Below are positions 46,163-54,285 of a DNA stretch of 58,511 nucleotides, piece after piece. The position numbers were made by a program, and so were the translations under genes. Position 1 is the first letter of the stretch. Each line of letters starts with the position of its first letter. The stretch comes from a virus (lineage: Duplodnaviria > Caudoviricetes): the IMG/VR virus record IMGVR_UViG_3300017913_000450, positions 1-58,511 of that record; one strand, given 5' to 3'. Below the pieces are notes generated by a model. That model was not told the DNA's origin and did not search any database. It saw only the letters and a program-made list of their open reading frames with translations.

Positions 46163-47959
46163 TTATGAGAATACGCGAGTTGCAAGGCCGTTAAGCACGG
46201 CACGATCTTGCACACTGGCTCTGTCAAGAATGGTTGCCTCAAGCGCTTGCTTGGTGGCGTCTTTCATGCCCATGGTCGAGAACGTCTCGACTGCTCTGGC
46301 AAAGGCGAGGAATGTGCGTGGGCTGATGGGTTGCAGCACCTTGGCAGACGTGAACGCTTCGAGGTGTTCGCCAACGTACTGGTTGACACGATTGAGCAAG
46401 TCGCCGTTGAGCGTAGGCGCATTGCTCTCAATCAGCTTGGCTCTGTCGCTTGCGGCCATGTATTCCACCTTGACCCACACGGTGAAGCGGTCGAGCAATG
46501 CCATCGACTGCGGTCTGGCACCCTGATACATGCCGTACTCGTCGCCCTGACCCACGGTGTTGCCTGTGGCGAACATGCGGAACATCTTGTGCGGACTAAC
46601 GATGCGACCGCCATCCTCGGTCAGCATGAGGCCGTTGCCCTCAAACGCACGCTGCATAACGTAAGCGACGTCTGGTCTGACGAAGTCGATCTCGTCGAAG
46701 ATGCCGATGTATGGCCCCGACATCATCTGCGGCAGAATGCCGTCGACGAACGTCGATGTGGTGGCACCGTCCTCAGACGACAAGACGTCACGACCGATCA
46801 AGTCCATGCGTGTGATCTCGCTGTCGAAGTTGACGCGCATGACAGGCCAGTTCAGCACGGCAGCAACCTGCTCCACGAGTGTCGTCTTGCCTGTGCCTGT
46901 GTGACCGTGCAGGTAGCAGCGTTGGTTGGTGATGATGGCGTACAACACACGGAACAACTCGAACGGACGGAAGATGTAGTTGGGGTCACGCACTGGCACA
47001 TGCGGATGCGGTGCATCCCACTGCCACACTGGCACGTCGAAGTTCAGCGTCTTCTTGGCACCCGCAGACGTGAGGCCGAACACCTCATACGCCTTGGCAA
47101 TCGTGACCTTGCCTGTCGGCAGCGTGCCGTCTGGCGTGAACTCGATCTCGGTCGGCACACTTGGCATGACCGCAGCCTTGGCCTTGGCTGATGCTTCTGC
47201 GAGGTCGCGTGTCAACGTGTCGATCTGGTCGAGCATGGTGTTGATGCTCGGAAGCGATGCGGCAGACAGCATGGCGTCGATCATCTTGGCCTCGCTTGCG
47301 TCTGGTCGCTTGCTGCTTGGCTTTGGTGTCGGCTCCGCCTCTGGCTCGACGCTTGGGTCGATGTTGTCCATGACGCTAGTTGCGATGGTCTTGTTGGCCA
47401 TGGACAGATACGGTGGCTCGGTCGGCATCTCGTCACGCACGCGAATGGCGTCGAGTGCAGCTTCGAGCTTGCCGAGCTTCACGTCTGTGACCTCACGCAT
47501 GGCGTCCTTGATGATGGTCAGGGGCATCTTCGTGTGGAATGTGACGTGGTCGATGATTGCGATAAGTTCGGATAGGTTCATCTCAGGCGCGTCCTCCTCT
47601 TCTGCTGCTGCGCGTATGATTTCGCCGTATTTGTCGTCGTCGAAGTGCAAGGGACGACCGATGTCGTAGCCCGACTTCGTGGTCGACTTGGGGTAGCACT
47701 TGCTCTGGTCTTTGAGCGCGTCGACGACGTCGTAGACGTTGATCTGGCCTGCGACGATGCCTGTGAGCGTGTGGATGCTCATCGCGTCACGCAATGACGC
47801 CCACGATGGACGGCACGACCAGTCAGCTTTCTCAAGCGCCCCGCGTATGCTGTGCGAGTGCAACTTGAGGTCGTCGCTCGCCATGTTGCGCAAGAGTTTG
47901 CGCTGCTCGGCGAACGGCAAGTCCATCGCTTGTCGTATGATTTTGAGGTTTCTCATCAC
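46163..47959 (-). CDS. CobS-like (MoxR-clade) AAA+ ATPase with N-terminal extension
   Basis: GHTGTGKT, EQVAA.LNWP..RVN.DS.I.R.DLIG, FDEID, FATGNTVG.GD, LDRF closely follow CobS motifs. Confidence 0.88.
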   Translation of the reverse strand: MMRNLKIIRQAMDLPFAEQRKLLRNMASDDLKLHSHSIRGALEKADWSCRPSWASLRDAMSIHTLTGIVAGQINVYDVVDALKDQSKCYPKSTTKSGYDIGRPLHFDDDKYGEIIRAAAEEEDAPEMNLSELIAIIDHVTFHTKMPLTIIKDAMREVTDVKLGKLEAALDAIRVRDEMPTEPPYLSMANKTIATSVMDNIDPSVEPEAEPTPKPSSKRPDASEAKMIDAMLSAASLPSINTMLDQIDTLTRDLAEASAKAKAAVMPSVPTEIEFTPDGTLPTGKVTIAKAYEVFGLTSAGAKKTLNFDVPVWQWDAPHPHVPVRDPNYIFRPFELFRVLYAIITNQRCYLHGHTGTGKTTLVEQVAAVLNWPVMRVNFDSEITRMDLIGRDVLSSEDGATTSTFVDGILPQMMSGPYIGIFDEIDFVRPDVAYVMQRAFEGNGLMLTEDGGRIVSPHKMFRMFATGNTVGQGDEYGMYQGARPQSMALLDRFTVWVKVEYMAASDRAKLIESNAPTLNGDLLNRVNQYVGEHLEAFTSAKVLQPISPRTFLAFARAVETFSTMGMKDATKQALEATILDRASVQDRAVLNGLATRVFS

Positions 47960-48363
47960 GTCTCCTCCGTGATTGGTTTCGGTTTGAAATTCGAGGCATT
48001 CTGCCCCACCTGATAACCCCTTTTAGGGGGAAGCGCGTGCCGCGCGAGGACACCTTCCGACACCTCACATGTATAACGTGCTATACAGGGTGTCAAGGGT
48101 GTCTCTTTTGTGAGGGTGACGGTGTCGCCGACGCTTGCGATGCGCTTGACGTCTTTGATCGACACTCTGCGGTCGCCTCTGGCCGTGACGTAGAAGCGAA
48201 CCTTGGTGGCAACGCCGTTGACGTAAGCGTTGACCTCGACCTTCTCGCGAAGGCTTGCGTAGTCGATGCCGTAGGCGTCGAGCGCCCAAGACCTCACCGA
48301 CGCGTTGGCGTCGATGATGTGCTTGTCGAGCATCGTGCGAGTGAGTTTGATCGTCGCGCTCAT
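47956..48363 (-). CDS. Hypothetical protein resembling the N-terminal domain of MvaI/BcnI-type nucleases
   Basis: LT.TML.K.IIDA...VR...DY...FY...RGD.R.SI...GD pattern; AGGAGG RBS. Confidence 0.5.
   Translation of the reverse strand: MSATIKLTRTMLDKHIIDANASVRSWALDAYGIDYASLREKVEVNAYVNGVATKVRFYVTARGDRRVSIKDVKRIASVGDTVTLTKETPLTPCIARYTCEVSEGVLARHALPPKRGYQVGQNASNFKPKPITEET
48068..48096 (-). promoter_or_regulatory. Sigma70-like promoter TTGACA-N17-TACATG upstream of the cobS-like gene
   Basis: AT-rich patch sharing GTTATACAT with 34501 and 41139; ACACCT half-sites at 48050 and 48060. Confidence 0.45.
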
Positions 48364-48372
48364 GTTGTCCTC

Positions 48373-48657
48373 CTATGAAAGTTTGCAAGCCATGCGTTCG
48401 AGCCACGTCCCGATGCGATGTCGCAGTGTGGCTCTGTTCTTGTCGTCGAACGCGTTCCACCACGCCTCGGCCTTGGGGTCGTTGAAGATGTCGGCTCGAC
48501 GCTCAAGCACATACTGCGCTTGTATGCAGGGATGCCTGTCGACCAGACGGTGTAGCCATTGCCAACGTGCGCAAGTATTGCACTCGCACCAGCCATGCGT
48601 GCCGCCTTGTAGGGCTTTCGCGATGGACACGAGTTCGTCTTCGATGTGCTGCCGCAT
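48373..48657 (-). CDS. Hypothetical early protein (CxCxxC)
   Basis: Start MRQHIE with GGAGG RBS. Confidence 0.6.
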   Translation of the reverse strand: MRQHIEDELVSIAKALQGGTHGWCECNTCARWQWLHRLVDRHPCIQAQYVLERRADIFNDPKAEAWWNAFDDKNRATLRHRIGTWLERMACKLS

Positions 48658-48659
48658 GC

Positions 48660-48860
48660 TTAGTCCCTCCATGGCATGAACACGCACTCGCCATGTATTC
48701 GCTCGCCCGTGTATGTGATGAAGGTTTCGCCGCAGCCTGTGACCCAGTTGATGCCCACCCATGCGAGCATGAGGCCGAAGATGGCCGCGATGAAGACGCT
48801 GCCGATGGTCTCGACCACGCGTTGGCGTAGGTCGTTGTCGTCGTCGTGTCGGTATGTCAT
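48660..48860 (-). CDS. Small membrane protein
   Basis: Start MTYRHD with AGGAG RBS; one TM helix then INW.TGCG...GEC. Confidence 0.65.
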   Translation of the reverse strand: MTYRHDDDNDLRQRVVETIGSVFIAAIFGLMLAWVGINWVTGCGETFITYTGERIHGECVFMPWRD

Positions 48861-48885
48861 GTGCGTGTCTCCTGTGATTTGGCAC

Positions 48886-48918
48886 AAAAAAAACCCCCCA
48901 CGCGGATGCGTGAGGGGT
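48886..48918 (-). terminator. Rho-independent terminator
   Basis: Minus strand ACCCCTCACGC-ATCC-GCGTGGGGGGT stem-loop ending in a T8 tract. Confidence 0.8.
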
Positions 48919-48935
48919 CATGCAGGTGTGTGTGA

Positions 48936-49304
48936 TTATGCGCGGGCTTTGGTCAGCGCCTTGAAGAACGCCGCCATTTGGACTTCGTCCAAGTCGGCGA
49001 GTTGGCTCACGAGCGCGTCCATGTCGTTCGCAGGCGCTTTGGCCTTCGGCTTCGCCTTGGGCTTGGGCTTGGCGGCAGCCTTCGGCTCGACGTCGCGTGC
49101 GACCGCCGACCAATCGCCAGAGCCTCGCGCAGTCACGCGGTCGAGGCGACCCGCGTCGATGTCGGCCAACAGGCGCGTCCAGCGCACGCGTTTGTTGGTC
49201 TCGCACTTGGCCGCGATAGCGTCGCGGATTTTCTTGCGTGCAGGCGCGGATTTCGCGTTTGCGTATGCGGCTGCGTGATCTTTGGCGGAAAATAGTTTGG
49301 TCAT
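48936..49304 (-). CDS. Ala/Lys-rich first early protein
   Basis: AAGGAG RBS, own terminator, AAKPKPKAKPKAKAP linker. Confidence 0.75.
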   Translation of the reverse strand: MTKLFSAKDHAAAYANAKSAPARKKIRDAIAAKCETNKRVRWTRLLADIDAGRLDRVTARGSGDWSAVARDVEPKAAAKPKPKAKPKAKAPANDMDALVSQLADLDEVQMAAFFKALTKARA

Positions 49305-49385
49305 CGCGTGTACTCCTTCGCGTTTGAGCCGAGAACAGCCTCGGCCTCCACCCGAGAAGCCCCTTTGGGGACCGCGCGTGTGAGC

Positions 49386-49416
49386 GGACGACCCGATATG
49401 CGCGAGGAGCTAAACT
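49386..49416 (+). promoter_or_regulatory. Putative late promoter GGACGA-N19-TAAACT
   Basis: Motif copy at the early/late strand switch upstream of the terminase genes. Confidence 0.6.
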
Positions 49417-49643
49417 GTTGATTAGACTGATGTTGCCCCTTTTAGGGGCAGTGTTCAGGCGCAAGCGAGGGGTCGAGCCGAAACGTCTCAGCCCTGAAAG
49501 GGCCACACACACCCGTAGGAAGGGAGCGAAAACCGTGCAAAATCAGCCACTTAGCCTCGCATGTGTCAGCCATTTGCCATGCAAATGGTCATATGCGCGT
49601 GCGGGGGGCGGGGGTCATCCCGCCGCCGACGTTTTTGCGTTAG

Positions 49644-50189
49644 ATGTCACCTCCCCTACCGCGCGAGCAATCGGAGCAAAAATTGAAAACGTCGGAACCA
49701 GAAAGAAGGAAGGTCACAAAAGGCACTTTTGAAGGCGAGCAGGTCAAACTCACATGCACAAACTGCAAGCAAGAGTTCTGGACCCGCGCCTCACATGAGG
49801 ATCGTCGCAAGTTCTGCTCAATAAAATGCAGGAAAGAAGCGCCAATAAAACGAAAGGCAGATGAAATGGCAAAACTAATGGAACAAACTGAACTCACACC
49901 AGCGCAATCCGCAAAAATCCGTGGCCAAATTGCGAACTATGTGCGCGATCAGATCACAGATGCGCACCAAGTGGTTATGGGCGGCAAAGAATGGAACCCA
50001 ACGCAAGCCCGTGTGTTCTCAGCGCTCCTCAACAAAGTCGTGCCAGACCTAAACGCCTCATATGTGCAGCACGAACACACAACTAAGGAAGTAACAGACC
50101 TCTCACGCGAAGAACTAGAAGCCATCGCCCAAGGCGTGTCCACAATCGAGGTCGAATATAAGGAGCTAACCCAAGATGAAGATAAGTAA
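49644..50189 (+). CDS. Putative terminase small subunit (possible N-terminal Zn ribbon; alternative start 49866)
   Basis: Q.R....LLNKVVPDL...DLSREELEAIA; two genes upstream of TerL; CTNC...FCSIKC. Confidence 0.6.
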   Translation: MSPPLPREQSEQKLKTSEPERRKVTKGTFEGEQVKLTCTNCKQEFWTRASHEDRRKFCSIKCRKEAPIKRKADEMAKLMEQTELTPAQSAKIRGQIANYVRDQITDAHQVVMGGKEWNPTQARVFSALLNKVVPDLNASYVQHEHTTKEVTDLSREELEAIAQGVSTIEVEYKELTQDEDK

Positions 50190-50397
50190 CCGCCAAGCAG
50201 AAGCTCTGCCCAGCAACCTAACCACAGACGAGCTTGGCAAAGCCATGTCCCAACTCGATCTGTCCTCTGTCCCGCCAAACAAACGCCAAGCAGCCGTCAT
50301 GGATCACCTAATGCGCGTCATGGCAGACGCAATCCACGACAAAGACAAAGCACAGGAAATTCACCTGTCCCGCATCTTGCGCCAACGAGGTCTCTAA
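50176..50397 (+). CDS. Hypothetical protein
   Basis: AAGGAG RBS; between TerS and TerL. Confidence 0.65.
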   Translation: MKISNRQAEALPSNLTTDELGKAMSQLDLSSVPPNKRQAAVMDHLMRVMADAIHDKDKAQEIHLSRILRQRGL

Positions 50398-50398
50398 C

Positions 50399-52018
50399 AT
50401 GGCCAAGATGACCCAAGCCCAAGTCGCCAAGTATCTCTTGTCGCTTCGCGACGCATCAGACGGCTTTGAGGGCTTCGTGCGCCTGATGTTCCCCGACTGG
50501 GAACTGGCAGACTTCCAACTGGAACTGATCGACGCTCTCGACAAGCTAGAAAAGGACGAACTCGGTGCGAACAACCTGCTTATTACGATGCCTCCACGCC
50601 ATGCTAAGTCCACGTTCGGCACAGTCCTGTTCCCCTCCTACTTCATGGCGCGGAAACCCAACCGTTACATCATGTCTTGCTCATATAACTCTCAACTGGC
50701 AACTGACTTTGGCCGTCAAGTCCGCGCTATCGTCGAGCAAAAACAGATGCAGCAAGCATTTCCAGAGTTCACGCTCTCCACAGAGAGCCGAGCAGCCGAC
50801 GTCTGGAGAACCGAAATAGGTGGTGCCTATTTCGCTGTCGGCGTCGGCGGCACCACATCAGGCCGACCAGCAAATCTCCTGCTCGTCGACGACCCTATCA
50901 AATCTCGCGAAGACGCGGAGAGCATGACCCAGCGGAACAAGACATGGAACTACTACACATCAGCCCTAGCCACCCGTCTCCAACCAGAAACAGGCGGAAG
51001 TCCACCCAAACAGATCGTGATCCTCACACGCTGGCACCCAGACGACCTCGCAGGCCGCTTGCAACAAACGGAAGACTGGGCTGAAGGCCGCTGGAAGCAC
51101 ATCAACTTCCCAGCCATAAAAAAGGTCGACGGCAAACGCATCCGCCGCAATCACCTGCCCACTGACCACCCGATGTATCTCGACGCCAAGGCAGTAAACC
51201 TCGTATCCCCCGCGAAGCGCGAAATCCCAAGCGAAGCGGAAGCCCCGCTCTGGCCCTCTCGCTTCCCACTTGAAGACCTAAAACGGCGCGAGCGCCTTAA
51301 CCCGCGCGAGTTCGCATCCCTATACCAGCAACAACCTTACATCGAAGGCGGTAACATCATCCGCACAGAGTGGTGGCAAAAATATCCATCTGACCTAAAG
51401 CCAGAAAACTTCGTATCCCTCGTCATAGCGTGCGACACAGCCTTCAAAAAAACCGAAACCGCCGACTACTCCGTGGCTGTAACGGCTGGCATGGATCGCA
51501 ACGGCGACATCTACCTCGTTGACGTCATGCGCGGCAAGTACGACTTCCCAGAACTCAAGCAACGTCTCATCCGCCTCAACAACCGCTGGCGCGGACGCGG
51601 CTTACGCGCGATGTACATCGAAGACAAAGCCTCTGGCCAATCTCTCATCCAAGAACTCAAGCGTGAGAGTGGCATGTCCATCATTCCCTACAAGGTCGTC
51701 CACGACAAAGTGGCCCGCGTCAACGCAATCCTACCAATAATAGAAGGTGGGCGCGTCTTCATTCCAGACCAATCGGAATGGCTAGACGCCTTTATCGACG
51801 AGAGCGTATCATTCCCCAACGGCAACCACGACGACCAAGTCGACGCAGCCACAATGGCCATCGACATCCTGTCCCGAACATCTGTCAGTCCAGAGGCGTG
51901 GTCCCTACACAGCGACCCGCATCAATCCTTGAACCATCTGGACGACAAGCACTTCGGTAAGTCGCTATTAAAGAGCGTCAACAGCAGTTCTTCAAAATGG
52001 CAAGGCTGGGGTCTCTAA
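50399..52018 (+). CDS. terL: Terminase large subunit
   Basis: MPPRHAKS, LLVDDP, TRWH.DDL.G, LYQQ.P, CDTA, IEDKASG, HDDQVDA. Confidence 0.95.
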   Translation: MAKMTQAQVAKYLLSLRDASDGFEGFVRLMFPDWELADFQLELIDALDKLEKDELGANNLLITMPPRHAKSTFGTVLFPSYFMARKPNRYIMSCSYNSQLATDFGRQVRAIVEQKQMQQAFPEFTLSTESRAADVWRTEIGGAYFAVGVGGTTSGRPANLLLVDDPIKSREDAESMTQRNKTWNYYTSALATRLQPETGGSPPKQIVILTRWHPDDLAGRLQQTEDWAEGRWKHINFPAIKKVDGKRIRRNHLPTDHPMYLDAKAVNLVSPAKREIPSEAEAPLWPSRFPLEDLKRRERLNPREFASLYQQQPYIEGGNIIRTEWWQKYPSDLKPENFVSLVIACDTAFKKTETADYSVAVTAGMDRNGDIYLVDVMRGKYDFPELKQRLIRLNNRWRGRGLRAMYIEDKASGQSLIQELKRESGMSIIPYKVVHDKVARVNAILPIIEGGRVFIPDQSEWLDAFIDESVSFPNGNHDDQVDAATMAIDILSRTSVSPEAWSLHSDPHQSLNHLDDKHFGKSLLKSVNSSSSKWQGWGL

Positions 52019-52020
52019 AA

Positions 52021-52051
52021 GGACGACCAACTAACAATAGCAAGGTATCTT
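52021..52051 (+). promoter_or_regulatory. Putative late promoter GGACGA-N19-TATCTT (portal)
   Basis: Fills the terL-portal gap; -10 ends 6 bp before the ATG. Confidence 0.7.
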
Positions 52052-52057
52052 TAAGCC

Positions 52058-54019
52058 ATGGCAGTAAACGGACCAAAAAGCACACCAAGTCTCCCATCGG
52101 GAAGCAGTTACCGCAGCGCGGAATACACTGCTGGCCCTAACGAAGGCGTGGTCGTCGACCTTTCAGAGTTTGCAGATCGTCTGACAAACTACGAAGACAT
52201 CTCTGCGGACCTCACGGAGGAGCAGGAACGCCGCATCGTGGACTACGTCAAGTCCATGGTCGACATGTCATATTTCAAAATCCGCAAACGCTACGATCAT
52301 TGGAAGGAGGCAGACCGCGCACATGACGTTTATGTCAACCCAGACGCGACCGATTTCCGCGAAAAGGCGGTCATCGCGGACACCAGAGCTATCGCCGACA
52401 CAGTCCTTACCTATCTCATGGCAGCACTCGGCGGACGTAACCCGATGTTCCAACTTGAGGGTCTCAACACAAAATCAAGAAAGAGTAGCCTTATACTCGA
52501 ACGCGTTTTACACCAGCAAATGCGCAGAACCGCTGGCGAAGCTCGTTTGGCCCAGCTTCTTCTTGATAGTGTACGCTATGGCTTTGCTCCTACCAAGGTA
52601 GTCTGGGACGCCAAGTCCAACCAGAACCAACTGGTAAACTTCGACCCTCGCCGCTGCTTCCCTGACCCGCGCGTCAACTGGGGCGACTGGGAGAACATGC
52701 AGTACATCGTCTTCTCAGACTATGTATCCTACAACTCCCTGCTCTACTCTGGCCTCTATCCCAAGCTCAAGAAGTTCCCAGCCCTGCGCCACAAAATAAG
52801 CCCGCCACGCAACTCATGGAATGCGCATCACTGGCACAAGGAAGAAGGTCGCGGTCTCAATATAGACCCAGCCCAGCCGCACCAACGCGAACGCTTTGAC
52901 CATGCCTACTTCACTCTCGGCGACGCACGCGTCATCGACGAAGCATGGGTCCGCCTCTCTGGCCATGAGATCGGCATCCCGTCCATCGACCAAATCTTCC
53001 TCGTCATAACAATCCTTGACGAGAACGTCGTGATCCGCATGCAGCTAAACCCATACGGACGCCAGTTCCCCGTCGTCATCGGTGGCCTGTACCAAGACGC
53101 GCACAAGACATTCGGTCAATCACTCTACGACCTGATCCTGCCGATGCACGACATCGCAACATACCTACTCCGCTCTCGCATCGACAACGTATCGGCAGCC
53201 CTCAACAACTTAATCTTTGCAGACCCAACCCAAGTCAGCGTCCCAGACCTCATCGACAGAAACCCATGGGGCATTGTTCGAACGATGCCAGGGGCGAAGC
53301 CTGGGGACGGCGTCTTCATTGCCCAAGTACCAGACGTAACTCGTGGCCATTTTAACGACATAGCCGCGATGTCAGAATTGAAGCAGCGAGTATCCGCAGC
53401 TTCGGATGCGCAGCAAGGTATGCCAACGGCAGACGGTATCCGCACAGCCACTGAAATCCAACGCTTAACACAACTCGGTTCCCAGCGTCTTGGCGTCATT
53501 GCTCGCATCATGTCTGCAACCACCATCCGCCCGATGGTGCGTATGATGACGGCCAACATCCAAGACAGTCTCTCGATGTCTGGCTCAATCAAGATCGACA
53601 GCAGCAACATGCCGACCCAACTCGCCGACATGGTTCAAGATGGCTATATCGACTACGACGTAGCCAAAGACCTGCAAGGCGACATCGACTACCTCGTCAT
53701 TGACGGCACACTTCCTGTTGAACCTACCCGCAACGCCGAAACATGGATGAACATGCTTCAGATCATGTCTCAGACTGGCTTGAACATGGAATACAACGCG
53801 GGCCAGATCGCAGAAGAAGCCATCCGCGCGATGGGCATTACAGACCTAGATCGCTTCCGCGTCTCCAAGGAGCAACTCAACGCCGAGGGCATGTCGCCTT
53901 CCCAACAGTTGGCTCTGATGGAGAAGATGCGTGGTGCATCAGTACAACCCAATGAGCAAGTCCAGAGCGAAATCCAGAAGGGCAACCTCATTCCAATGTC
54001 GGAGGCACGACGCGCATGA
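52058..54019 (+). CDS. Portal protein
   Basis: 653 aa after TerL; RYG...KVVWD, FPDP, QQG...RTATEI motifs of podovirus portals. Confidence 0.85.
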   Translation: MAVNGPKSTPSLPSGSSYRSAEYTAGPNEGVVVDLSEFADRLTNYEDISADLTEEQERRIVDYVKSMVDMSYFKIRKRYDHWKEADRAHDVYVNPDATDFREKAVIADTRAIADTVLTYLMAALGGRNPMFQLEGLNTKSRKSSLILERVLHQQMRRTAGEARLAQLLLDSVRYGFAPTKVVWDAKSNQNQLVNFDPRRCFPDPRVNWGDWENMQYIVFSDYVSYNSLLYSGLYPKLKKFPALRHKISPPRNSWNAHHWHKEEGRGLNIDPAQPHQRERFDHAYFTLGDARVIDEAWVRLSGHEIGIPSIDQIFLVITILDENVVIRMQLNPYGRQFPVVIGGLYQDAHKTFGQSLYDLILPMHDIATYLLRSRIDNVSAALNNLIFADPTQVSVPDLIDRNPWGIVRTMPGAKPGDGVFIAQVPDVTRGHFNDIAAMSELKQRVSAASDAQQGMPTADGIRTATEIQRLTQLGSQRLGVIARIMSATTIRPMVRMMTANIQDSLSMSGSIKIDSSNMPTQLADMVQDGYIDYDVAKDLQGDIDYLVIDGTLPVEPTRNAETWMNMLQIMSQTGLNMEYNAGQIAEEAIRAMGITDLDRFRVSKEQLNAEGMSPSQQLALMEKMRGASVQPNEQVQSEIQKGNLIPMSEARRA

Positions 54020-54285
54020 ATAAACTGGCAGCCCTCGCATCACAATGTGATGCAAAAACAGTCGACTACGTCACAGAAGCCATCCGAGTGGCCGTAGCTG
54101 ACCAACAGCAAGAAAACGTAAAACTATCGGAACGCATCTCACTTCAAAGGGCTGAGATCGACGCCCTGAAGCTCCGCCTTGCGGAGCTAGAAGGGCAGTC
54201 AAACTCGGCCTCTGGGGACGACAAGTACAGCCTCACTAAGGCAAAGTTAGTGCGTCTGATGAAAGAAAATGGATGGTATGACTAA
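54016..54285 (+). CDS. Small coiled-coil protein
   Basis: GGAGG RBS; coupled at both ends. Confidence 0.65.
   Translation: MNKLAALASQCDAKTVDYVTEAIRVAVADQQQENVKLSERISLQRAEIDALKLRLAELEGQSNSASGDDKYSLTKAKLVRLMKENGWYD
54216..54247 (+). promoter_or_regulatory. Putative late promoter GGACGA-N20-CAAAGT
   Basis: Motif copy 37 bp upstream of the large tail fibre gene. Confidence 0.55.

Noticed and set aside
48373-49512. 379-aa ORF as a single gene
   Set aside because: It spans a terminator and two better-supported genes; only the 3' part from 48657 has an RBS.
51940-51971. Extra GGACGA hits (51940, 35895, 41063, 26923)
   Set aside because: No YANNNT hexamer at 19-20 bp spacing, so not counted as promoters.
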